Shown here piece by piece: positions 1 to 9,900 of a stretch of 64,000 nucleotides of DNA (its first letter is position 1; each line of letters begins with the position of its first letter). This stretch comes from a virus, in the IMG/VR virus record IMGVR_UViG_3300042564_003823, positions 1 to 64,000 of that record. One strand, given 5' to 3'. The notes below the pieces were generated by a model. That model saw only the letters and a list, made by a program, of their open reading frames with translations. It searched no databases and was not told where the DNA came from. The position numbers and the translations under genes are program-made.

Positions 1-2255
1 CCTCCTGTTTTTCCATCTGATATTGTTTGTCTATTTCTTACATTAATTAAATTATTGTAAAAAGTTTGAGCGAACTCAAAAAACGTTTTTTTATTTGGTT
101 TGGGGTCTATTATGGTCCAATCATTAAAACCTGGTGATGGGTATGGAGCAGTTAATCCTGAATTTGGGATTGGGTATCCGTATCTTGAGGACATTTCCCA
201 AATATCATAAGTTATACCTTGTCCCATGTTAAGATATAACTCCATATTTTTTACGTTTATAACTTGTCCTTCATTTTCTAACAAATAGTTTGTTGGTGCA
301 GAACTTTGTGTGTTTTTTCTTAATCCAACCTCGTCTTTTTTCCAAGATTTTTTATTATCTATTGTTTTTGTTAACCCGTAACCAAGATTCATTGTTGGAA
401 ATTTTTCATATCTTTTTAAATAATCCTGTCCGTATGTAAATGGTTTTAATTTTGTTACAATTATTGATGGTGATACCGTAAAATTAGACAATGTAAAATC
501 AATTTCTTCTGTTGATCTATGTTCTGGCGTTGATTCAAACCAACCAGCACCTTTTTGAAAAAAGAATGAGTCGTTTTCAATTGGTGATTCCGGATATCCC
601 GTATCAATATTTATCGGGTAATTATTTAAGTCGGGTAATGTTGACCTTATAACTCCCGAACTTGTGAAACCAGTAAATTGAGTCCCTAAAATTGAAAATA
701 TATTAGTAGTATCTAAAGTTGGTACTGATATAAAAGTAGTTCCACCTGATATTCTAGCATAATTTTCATAAAAATCATCTAACGGTATTTTTTGGTCTGC
801 CAAATATATATACTCATTGAATTCCACTAAAGCTTCGGGGGCACCAATCATTCTCATTATATACTCTATTGATGTCCTTGTCCCTTTTGATCTAAACAAA
901 AATCCAGCATTTAAAATCAAATTTCTATAGTATTGGTAGTTTAATTCTGCCGGCGTATCTTCTTTTGATTGTCCAGGGTAAATCGTATCATTAGTCGTCG
1001 TAAAAATTGATTCTAATAAAGAATCGTTTGTTATTGGTGAAATGTTTGGGTCTATTCCTAATGTCGCAGCTAAATTCGCCAATAGCGCGGATGGAATGTC
1101 ATTTTTAACAATATAATTAACTGAAATTATATTTGCCAAGGCATCTATAAACTTTTTTGTCTCATCAAAACTTCTACCATAAATTTGTAATGTCTTTTCT
1201 ATTTTTTGATCAGTTGTATCAAATTCTTTAAGAGACCCTGAGATTAGGAATCTACTAATAAGATTTGTTTTATATTCGTCTAATTTTTCTGTTACTATTT
1301 GTAACTCGGTCAAATACTGATCAAATTTATCTGTCCTAATATCTAAATTCCAAATACCGTCAAGTTTCCATGTTATATTTTTATTTATTAAAATATAATT
1401 ACCGTTACTATCATATTCAGGATAAGTAAATTTAGCTGTATATTTTGGTAGGGTATATCTATTTAGTAGATAATCTTCAACCTCATCAAAATTATCTTGA
1501 AACAACTTTTCTGTGACTAAATTATTCGGTTTTAGTAATAAAGTTTGTGTTGTGGTTGTAGATGAAAATGGTTTTCCTTTTACAGTAACCGTTATAGTCC
1601 CCCCTGTTATCGTATCTGTTGGTATAAAATCTACCACCACATACTCAGTATCAATGTTTGAGACGTATAGTGCAAAATCTTGAAAATTAGAAGTAATGTC
1701 TCTGTATTTAGAAACGGTTATTGGTCTATTTTTTACGTTAATTTTTGCATTTTTTGAAAAGTCTATATCAAACGGGTTTCTAAAGAACTTAGAATCCATG
1801 TTAAAAGTTGTTTCATTATCAATAACATCATAAGATATGTTATATGCGGTGTTTCCTGTTTCAAATATTAAATTTGCAAAATTTACTTCAATACCTGCCG
1901 GAAAATAGTTAATTACTTTATTAACTGAAGAAGAAATTCTTTTACTTAAAGAACCATATAAAGAAAAACTAGTAATCTGAGATAAGTCAAAGTTAGGATA
2001 AACCTTAAAGTTTTTTTCAATTATTTTTTTTGTTTCTTCTAAATTTTCAATATTAAGGGTTTCCAAATTAAATGGATCTGAAAAAATTCCAGTACTAAAA
2101 GTTCTACTTACTTTTTCATAAACAGAACTTGTAAACTGAAAATTTCCAAGTGTTAATCCACCACCTGACACTAATTGTACACCAACTAAATCGTCAGAGA
2201 AAGTACCCGAACCTACGGGTGGTGGTGTTGGACATATGAATTTTGTTTTAGCCAT
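1..2255 (-). CDS. Baseplate wedge protein (T4 gp7/P2 gpI-like), partial, runs off left edge; missing from ORF track
   Basis: ATG at 2253-2255 overlaps the upstream stop (TAATG). The frame reads MAKTKFICPTPPPVGSG... and stays open to position 1. It contains a gpI/gp7-like segment, LANLAATLG...YYRNLILNAGFLFRSKGTRTSIEYIMRMIG. Confidence 0.7.
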   Translation of the reverse strand, partial: MAKTKFICPTPPPVGSGTFSDDLVGVQLVSGGGLTLGNFQFTSSVYEKVSRTFSTGIFSDPFNLETLNIENLEETKKIIEKNFKVYPNFDLSQITSFSLYGSLSKRISSSVNKVINYFPAGIEVNFANLIFETGNTAYNISYDVIDNETTFNMDSKFFRNPFDIDFSKNAKINVKNRPITVSKYRDITSNFQDFALYVSNIDTEYVVVDFIPTDTITGGTITVTVKGKPFSSTTTTQTLLLKPNNLVTEKLFQDNFDEVEDYLLNRYTLPKYTAKFTYPEYDSNGNYILINKNITWKLDGIWNLDIRTDKFDQYLTELQIVTEKLDEYKTNLISRFLISGSLKEFDTTDQKIEKTLQIYGRSFDETKKFIDALANIISVNYIVKNDIPSALLANLAATLGIDPNISPITNDSLLESIFTTTNDTIYPGQSKEDTPAELNYQYYRNLILNAGFLFRSKGTRTSIEYIMRMIGAPEALVEFNEYIYLADQKIPLDDFYENYARISGGTTFISVPTLDTTNIFSILGTQFTGFTSSGVIRSTLPDLNNYPINIDTGYPESPIENDSFFFQKGAGWFESTPEHRSTEEIDFTLSNFTVSPSIIVTKLKPFTYGQDYLKRYEKFPTMNLGYGLTKTIDNKKSWKKDEVGLRKNTQSSAPTNYLLENEGQVINVKNMELYLNMGQGITYDIWEMSSRYGYPIPNSGLTAPYPSPGFNDWTIIDPKPNKKTFFEFAQTFYNNLINVRNRQTISDGKTG

Positions 2256-3163
2256 TAACTAATAATATTTGTAAAGTTTTTACTAAAATCAATATTCAAA
2301 CCTCTATCTTGTCTTACTTCGTATAGTAACTCATTAAATGTGTCTCTAACTTCAAATAAGTTGTATTGTTTGTAAATATTTCCTGCAGTATCATAAAGAG
2401 TATATATACCATCTTCAATACTCTTAGTTTGATTACCATAAAGTGCAATTGCCAATGTGTCAATATCATGTTCAGCAATTTGTATATCAATTGTGAAAGG
2501 GTTGAAGAAAGTATTACTAATTATTATTTCTTGATTTGGCTGTCCAATAAATGGTGTCGCGTTTGGTTTATTAGTTGGTGAAGCAGATGGTGATAAAGTA
2601 CAAAATAATAAATCACTTCCCGTATCCAAATATCTATATCTTATTGATTTTTGAGATGTATTAGTTTGGTCAGTTACAACTGGTTCACAAAAAAACGAAG
2701 ATGTAATTATTCTATAAAAATTAGGGATTTTTGTACCGTCAGAATTTAAATACTCAACTCTGAATCCAACTAATCCTTGTGCGGTAAATTTATTTCTAAA
2801 CTCAACGGGAACATCATTTAAATCAACAATAATACCCTTTACGTTTGGTAAAGCGGATAATACCCCACAATCAGTGATTGTTGTTCTTATTTCTGCAGGT
2901 CTTATATATAAAGTGTAGATACCAATTTGATTAAACTCGTTTGCTGGTAACCTTAAATTATATAATCCACCTAAAATTTCTTTACCGGCAACCCCACCTG
3001 TTTGTGAGTTGTGAAAATATGGTGTTAGAATATTTGCACTATTTAATTTTTTTAACACAAAATTGTTTGTCACATCCCTTGATGGGGTGTAATTCAGTAT
3101 GATGTCAACGTCTTGTGGTGACACATCTGCGGGTCTAACTGTACCGTATGTTCCTAATGCCAT
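2255..3163 (-). CDS. Putative virion structural protein (baseplate cluster)
   Basis: 302 aa, beta-rich, coupled to the wedge gene, with an upstream TATTTATA element. No recognisable family. Confidence 0.55.
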   Translation of the reverse strand: MALGTYGTVRPADVSPQDVDIILNYTPSRDVTNNFVLKKLNSANILTPYFHNSQTGGVAGKEILGGLYNLRLPANEFNQIGIYTLYIRPAEIRTTITDCGVLSALPNVKGIIVDLNDVPVEFRNKFTAQGLVGFRVEYLNSDGTKIPNFYRIITSSFFCEPVVTDQTNTSQKSIRYRYLDTGSDLLFCTLSPSASPTNKPNATPFIGQPNQEIIISNTFFNPFTIDIQIAEHDIDTLAIALYGNQTKSIEDGIYTLYDTAGNIYKQYNLFEVRDTFNELLYEVRQDRGLNIDFSKNFTNIIS

Positions 3164-3195
3164 TTTTTATTTATAAATAGAGTTTATATTGTTTT

Positions 3196-4278
3196 TTATG
3201 TGTTATTGATTTTAAAATAACCATATCCATATCTTATTAAATCACCTAAATTGTCTACCTCACCTAGTCTTTGTAACCCCTCAACTGCACTGTATTTTCC
3301 CCTCTCAACAAAAACATCAGATTGTATTTCCGGATCCATAACAAAATCTAAAAGTATTTCGTCTTTAGTTATTGCAGAAACTACAATATCGTTGGTGGTT
3401 AAACCTGAAGAATTCACTAAAAATAATGTTTTACCATTATTAAAATCAACGTAATTAATATCATTAACAGTGTATGCGGTGTAGGTTGAGTTAATTTCAG
3501 TAACGTAACCTATCACTCCTTTTATCGGAGTTACCACATAACCTACAGTGTAGGGATTAGGTCCCCATCTTCTAAGAAGATCCAATCTTGAGTTAGTATA
3601 TCCTGAAACCACAAAAGGTACTTGTAGATATGAACTTGATATTTGTGAAGGAATATTATTTTCACTGTCTCCCGTAAAAATGTAATTATAACTAATTGGT
3701 ATACCTGACCAATTACCTCCTTGTTGTGTAAATGTTATATTACCTAATTCATTATCAATTGTAACACCAGTAAATGGTAATGTTATTGATTTTTGTATTT
3801 CAGTGATACCCCAAGGATTGCTTTGAACCATTTTTACTGTATATGTTTGTGGAGTTGGTGAATACGTGTGGTTTAAACTACTTTGATTAACACTCAAATA
3901 TTGACTGACTAACCCGTCACCCCAATCTACTTTATATTGTGATAATTCTAAAAAACTGTTATATGTATAACCCGCACTATTATAAAGTCTAACATCGTAA
4001 GGAGATGATGGGTTACCAGATATAACAAAGTTTGTTACAACATCTATTTGGTTAGTAAAACCATCAAACTCACTATAATAACCTAAATCATTATAGGATT
4101 GCGTAAATAAGACAGGGATTGTTAGTCCGGTTAATAGTGAATCACCATTTGTACCTCCACTTAACACTTGTGACAAACCAGAATACACCCCAAAAGTGAT
4201 TCCATTGTATGTTATATCAAATATATCACGACTTAAAACTTCCGGAGAAATTACTATATTAATTCTTTCTGATTCCAT
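3196..4278 (-). CDS. Putative structural protein with PKD/Ig-like domain
   Basis: VDWGDG...HTY...YTVKM is a PKD-type signature; lies in the baseplate operon. Confidence 0.55.
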   Translation of the reverse strand: MESERINIVISPEVLSRDIFDITYNGITFGVYSGLSQVLSGGTNGDSLLTGLTIPVLFTQSYNDLGYYSEFDGFTNQIDVVTNFVISGNPSSPYDVRLYNSAGYTYNSFLELSQYKVDWGDGLVSQYLSVNQSSLNHTYSPTPQTYTVKMVQSNPWGITEIQKSITLPFTGVTIDNELGNITFTQQGGNWSGIPISYNYIFTGDSENNIPSQISSSYLQVPFVVSGYTNSRLDLLRRWGPNPYTVGYVVTPIKGVIGYVTEINSTYTAYTVNDINYVDFNNGKTLFLVNSSGLTTNDIVVSAITKDEILLDFVMDPEIQSDVFVERGKYSAVEGLQRLGEVDNLGDLIRYGYGYFKINNT

Positions 4279-5150
4279 TATGGATTAACATACTCATACC
4301 ATTTTATAGGTAAAATACCTGTTCCGACTCTTTGTGCGTTCTGAAAATTATTATTATATGTATAAACTTTATATTCGTTTGTATTATAATCTAACACATA
4401 TTTGTAATAAAAATATAGTGGTTTGTCTAAGTTGAACATATTTTGTCCAATAAAGGTTGATTGTGGTCTATTCATCATTCTAACAAATTGTCCTGTTTTT
4501 GCATTAAAAAATTTAGCACTAACATAAAATTCAGTTATGTTCAAATAATTTTTATCTTTTAACCAATAAACATAAAACCCTTCTTTATCTGCACCCGTAT
4601 AATCTAATACAAATTTTGGTTTTTTTACTTGAACATTTGTTTGATTAAGTGGTGGGCCTATTGTACCAGGTTCTTTTAATCCTTGTTGTGTTGGTAAAAT
4701 AATACTTAATAATATTGTTTGATTTTCATTTTGTGGTGAATCATAAAAATCTAATTTAAAAAAACTTCCTTTGAATGAATTTGCAAAATAATAAATTTCA
4801 CTATCAGTAAATGTTGCATTTTCATAATCTGTTGCCCAATTTGTTGTTGTTGATGCGGTCACACCTGTTAAATAATCAAAAAAATAAAACTCGTAATTAA
4901 CATTCGTCCCTTCTAAATTTATGTTTGTAGGTCCAAATGGTGTTTGAATCGTAAAATTAAACTGCCAATCCGAGTGTGCAAACTTTGTTATTTCAAAATC
5001 AGATATTGGGTTTAATATTTCAGAAATTACTTCGTTTTCAAAACTAGCAACGCCATCTTCTCTTCCAAGCATATCAAAATTGATTTCCAAAGGAATATCT
5101 AAATATTGATCCTGATCCGTGATTGTTTTTCTAAAATATTTATTATTCAC
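4278..5150 (-). CDS. Hypothetical structural protein
   Basis: 290 aa, aromatic and beta-rich; start and stop overlap neighbouring genes. Confidence 0.5.
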   Translation of the reverse strand: MNNKYFRKTITDQDQYLDIPLEINFDMLGREDGVASFENEVISEILNPISDFEITKFAHSDWQFNFTIQTPFGPTNINLEGTNVNYEFYFFDYLTGVTASTTTNWATDYENATFTDSEIYYFANSFKGSFFKLDFYDSPQNENQTILLSIILPTQQGLKEPGTIGPPLNQTNVQVKKPKFVLDYTGADKEGFYVYWLKDKNYLNITEFYVSAKFFNAKTGQFVRMMNRPQSTFIGQNMFNLDKPLYFYYKYVLDYNTNEYKVYTYNNNFQNAQRVGTGILPIKWYEYVNP

Positions 5151-6900
5151 AAGTGTCTGTTGTTGGAAGATTTATTTCATTATAAATAAAAGATGTGTTT
5201 CTTTTAGTTGGAAAGTGTATGAAATTTATTGTTTTAAACGGGTAATGTGCTCCGTTCATGAATGGTATATCTAACCCAAAACCTTCGCTATCAACAAACC
5301 CATAGTTATAAATGTCTCTCCAATAAAATTGTCCGTTATTATCAGAATAAAAAGAATGAAACGGAACATTATCTATTTCTTCTAAAGATGCGTTTTCAAT
5401 ATATTCACTAAAAGTTCTTATAGGTATTGAATAATGCGGTTTATAAAGATATCCTGGGGGGTATAAGACGGTGTTCGTATAATTTGAAACAGCAACTGCA
5501 ATTGCCTGACCAAAATTAGCAGGTATTGGTTGTGATATATTAAAAACATCAGGATTGTATGAGTACTTATGGTATATTGGTGATAACACGTATTCTTTTT
5601 GTTCAATATCATTGTATTCGCAAAAATCACCTTTAATAACATCATCAACGTTCAAAAAATTATTATAATAAAAAGTGAATCCGGCCATTTGATACGAACT
5701 TACTGTTATGTTTTCTTTGTTATCTGTTGATGTATGATTCCACCAGGGGTCTGTTGTATTTTGTAAAAAGTTAAATTCCCACCCTATGTCAATTGATCTT
5801 TGTAAAGATTGTGGTGGTTTATTAAACCATCCCATGTAACCTCTATTCACTATTGTAACAAAAAGTTCGGTAATGGGTTTTCCGTTATTATCTAATAAAT
5901 TAAATGTGTCAATATCTTTATTAACTGTAAACCCATAACTTTGCGTGCCGTCTTTAACTGAAATTCTTTGTTGGTTATTTGGTGTCAATGCGGAATACTC
6001 CAATTTTCTTTTAATAGGAAATGCGTTATTTTCAAAGGCCATTTTTGTTAAAAATGTCTCATTATTTGATGTTAAAATTTTATGTAACCTAACATAGTAT
6101 CTAGAAGTCGTATCTCCAGTATTATTTAAATCTACTATTCTTTTAAAATTCCCATAAGTTCCGTCAATAATATCGTTATCAGGAAACTTTAAATTATATA
6201 TCGCAAAAACCCTAAGTTCAGACCTATATGTGTCATCACCTAAACTATAAACTTGAAATGTGTTTTTCCCGTCTATTGTTATATTTAATTTGACATACTG
6301 ACCTACAGTTAAATTATGGTTTGTTGCACAATAAAAATAAACTAAATTTTTTCCATTTTGAGTTTTGTTTTTTATAATAAAAGGTATTCCGTCCGCAACA
6401 TTAAAATTAGCATTTGTTACATTAAAATCCTCATCAACAAAAGACATTGTTTGTGCGGTTGTACTACTAAATGCGTATGATACATATGTCATCCAATTAT
6501 ATGTTGTTGCACTTTTTGGCACAAAACTAACATGTCCGGGTATTGCACTATCTCTTATGATTGAAAATTCATCGTATTGTGGATATCCTTTCCATACACC
6601 AGTATTAATAGAATTAACGGGATCTAAATAATAAAGATAGTCTTTAAATGGTGTATAATCTGTTTTTCCTGAAATTACATTATCAAAAATATTTACAATT
6701 TTACCATTCAATCTAAAAATACTTGAATTTTGTCTTTCACTATCAAATATTTCTCTAAGGTTTATTAAAGTGGCTCGGTCGCCTTGTACCATTTCACGTC
6801 TTTCACCAATAAGGGGTAATTGTATTTGCACAGGTTGATTAGACGAACCAGCAAAACGCTTGTTACCTAAAACTATTCTTATCTCATCTTGTTTTCTCAT
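5143..6900 (-). CDS. Hypothetical structural protein
   Basis: 585 aa, tightly coupled in the baseplate operon. Confidence 0.5.
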   Translation of the reverse strand: MRKQDEIRIVLGNKRFAGSSNQPVQIQLPLIGERREMVQGDRATLINLREIFDSERQNSSIFRLNGKIVNIFDNVISGKTDYTPFKDYLYYLDPVNSINTGVWKGYPQYDEFSIIRDSAIPGHVSFVPKSATTYNWMTYVSYAFSSTTAQTMSFVDEDFNVTNANFNVADGIPFIIKNKTQNGKNLVYFYCATNHNLTVGQYVKLNITIDGKNTFQVYSLGDDTYRSELRVFAIYNLKFPDNDIIDGTYGNFKRIVDLNNTGDTTSRYYVRLHKILTSNNETFLTKMAFENNAFPIKRKLEYSALTPNNQQRISVKDGTQSYGFTVNKDIDTFNLLDNNGKPITELFVTIVNRGYMGWFNKPPQSLQRSIDIGWEFNFLQNTTDPWWNHTSTDNKENITVSSYQMAGFTFYYNNFLNVDDVIKGDFCEYNDIEQKEYVLSPIYHKYSYNPDVFNISQPIPANFGQAIAVAVSNYTNTVLYPPGYLYKPHYSIPIRTFSEYIENASLEEIDNVPFHSFYSDNNGQFYWRDIYNYGFVDSEGFGLDIPFMNGAHYPFKTINFIHFPTKRNTSFIYNEINLPTTDTCE

Positions 6901-6901
6901 T

Positions 6902-9900
6902 CTATTCAGTACCTATAATATACTTAGTTATAAATCTGTTTAATGCGGTTTTTCCTTTACCAAGACCAAAATAAAAATGATACGGGGCACCTACAACAAA
7001 ATTTGCTTTATTTTGATTACTTGGGTTTGTCCATACATAATCTCTTTCACCTAAATTATTATAGTTGAAAATATATCCAGTACTTGGTCCGTTTGTCGCT
7101 TTAAAGTAATCTGCACCTGTAAATGACATGTTTTGATACGGCGCAGAATACATTGGTGGTAATGTTCCAATATTTGGAAAATCCGTCAACCAATCATTTT
7201 TTTCGGTTCCAAATATGGTACTTGTATTGATTGTTGCTTGTCCTTGGTCGTTTCTTATCTCCCAATTATACATAGGGACTACTTGTGTTTTAGGGTACCC
7301 TACAAGTTGTTGGACATTCCCAAAAGTGGCGAATCCTGGAGTTAATGCGACTCTATTTTGTGTAATTGCTGAGAACAACACACCATAAAATATCTCATTA
7401 GGTGTTCCTAAAACTATATCATCATTTCCGTAGAATTGTTCATTAAATGGTATGATCCCATATTCTGAATTAATACTAAACATTTGAGCCACATCGCCAT
7501 CAATTCTATCATCTGATCTTGAAAAAAGTTGGTTAATTGATGCATCACCTCTACTAAGAGCCAACTCCCAAAAACCTGTATTAACTAATCTTGACACTAT
7601 AAACAATAAAAGTAGATCACTTGTATCATTAAATGATGTTGATTGGACGGTCTCAACTAAATAATTTTCTAATTGAGGATTTAAACATATTTCTTTTGCG
7701 AATTGATCTCTTGGTCCTAAATCCATCATAGTGGTAGGGAAATGTAAATTCCTTTCGTTAGATCCTTTACCATATATATTTTTAATATTAGTCCCATATA
7801 ATTGTGGTCTTTGTCCTATAAAATACCCATTAACATTTGTTCCGTTTTGTTGTAAAACATATGGTGTTGATCTATAATAGAAAGTGTTTGTTTGATCATC
7901 TAAATAAATAGGACCTTGGTTTTGTCTGCCAGGAACTAAATCAAAATCTTTTGATCCACAAAACACATATTTTTTTGGATTATTTTGAGCGTCAAATATT
8001 GTTTTCTTTTTAAACGCATAAGAATAAAGAGTACCATTAACCCAGTTGTTTTGAAACACCTGACTGATAACTCCTCTACATGCACCAAATAACAACCTGA
8101 ATCTTGATTTCCATTCAAAGAAATTATTGTAGTCTCTTAAAATAGCTCCTTCTGTTAAATATGGTTCTTGAATTAACTTATAACAACCCTTAGTTATTCT
8201 TGTCGGGTTTTCGTTTTCAGGACAAGGTGATTTTACACCAAAATTATCACCTGAACCACTATAACACGGTAGTGGAACCATACCTTCACAACTAAAAGTT
8301 GCTAGTACTGATGTTGTTCCTGAAATTGCGTCTTCACTATAATCGTCCGAATTACCGGTATAATCCGTTTGATTACCACCTAATTGTGTAACTTCACCAT
8401 TATCTAAAATCCTATATATTGTAAAATTATCATTTTGGTATAAAGCGTATCTATTATTATAATTTGTTTGGACATTATCGGATGTTGGTAACCGGTCAGA
8501 TCTAATGATCATTTTTGCGTTGTTCACAGTTTGGTCAAATGCTATATTTACGGATAGATTTGGGCTTGTTTGTTGGTACGATGGGGCAAATAATCTAGGT
8601 CCTCTAAAATGTTTAATGTTGTTCCAATCGGTATTTGATCCGGCACAGTTACCGTTCATAAAGGTTTCTACAGTTCCTTCATTACCAAGATCCAACCTTT
8701 TATGTAACTGATTATTTGGTATGTCTGTAAACATAAAAGACCCTCCTTCCACATTTCCTTGTCGTGTAATAGCCTCTGTATTACTACTAGTCATGTACCT
8801 AAGAAGATAACTATTATTTGGGTTTCCGACTGACGGAACATCACTTAATCCAGTATCATACCACATATTATATGGGGCATTATTGTTTAATCCTCTTAAA
8901 AATATAGGGGTTAATCCGGCAGAACTAAGGTTATACGGTAGATTATCATTACAGTCATATGTGTCAGTATTAGATACCGAATACCCACCATATAAGGTAC
9001 TTTTTCTATCTAACGACGAATAATATTGTATTGTGTTTGTGGTAAACGCAGAATATAATATGGGGTCAGGCCTAAAATTAAAAGGTTTGTGGTATAATTT
9101 AGAAAATTGATATCCAACCTCGTGTGATTCGGGAGTCTTTTTATTTATCCACCAATCAGCACTTAAATTTCCACTATTCTCTTGTATCGGTATATTTAAA
9201 TGATAATTACCTCTCACTACGTGTGTGTTAGGTGATCTCCCAAATAATTTTGATATGTCGTATTTAATAACTTGTTTTTCGGTAAATGGATCAACACCCC
9301 TAACTAAAAATATAACATTTAAATTTTTATATTCGTTTCCATTCACCTGTAATGGATTAATAAAAGATTCAACCGCAGGTTCAGTACCACAACTTTTTCT
9401 ATACGATATCCTTTGTCTCGCATTTAAAAAGAAAAATCTCATATAGTTTTGATTGGTTGTCGTTGTAAATGTTTCTGATTGTTGGATGGTCATACCAGTA
9501 ATTACCTGAAAATACTCCATACCTCCTTTGTATTTATATTCTCTTTCGGTTGTAGATCCGGTTATAGTTAAATTTGCAGTTCCACTGGTCGCATCTGGTT
9601 TTATATAATTTTGAACGATTGTGGTTGTAAGTAAGGATGTTCCTGTAATTGAATTGCTTCCGAATTGGTTTTCCGTAACTCCACTTACATTAAAACCGTT
9701 AATATTTTTATCATTCACATTATCTGGATTATTAAAACTAATTAATGAACCTGCAGGTAAATTATCCACCGTATTAGAATCGCAAAGTAAAACAATAACA
9801 TTATCGGTAAATGGGTCCGATGGGTACCCATCATTATCAACCGTTGTGGTTATTACATTTGAAAAATATGATGGATTATCAAAATACCTTTGTCTAATAT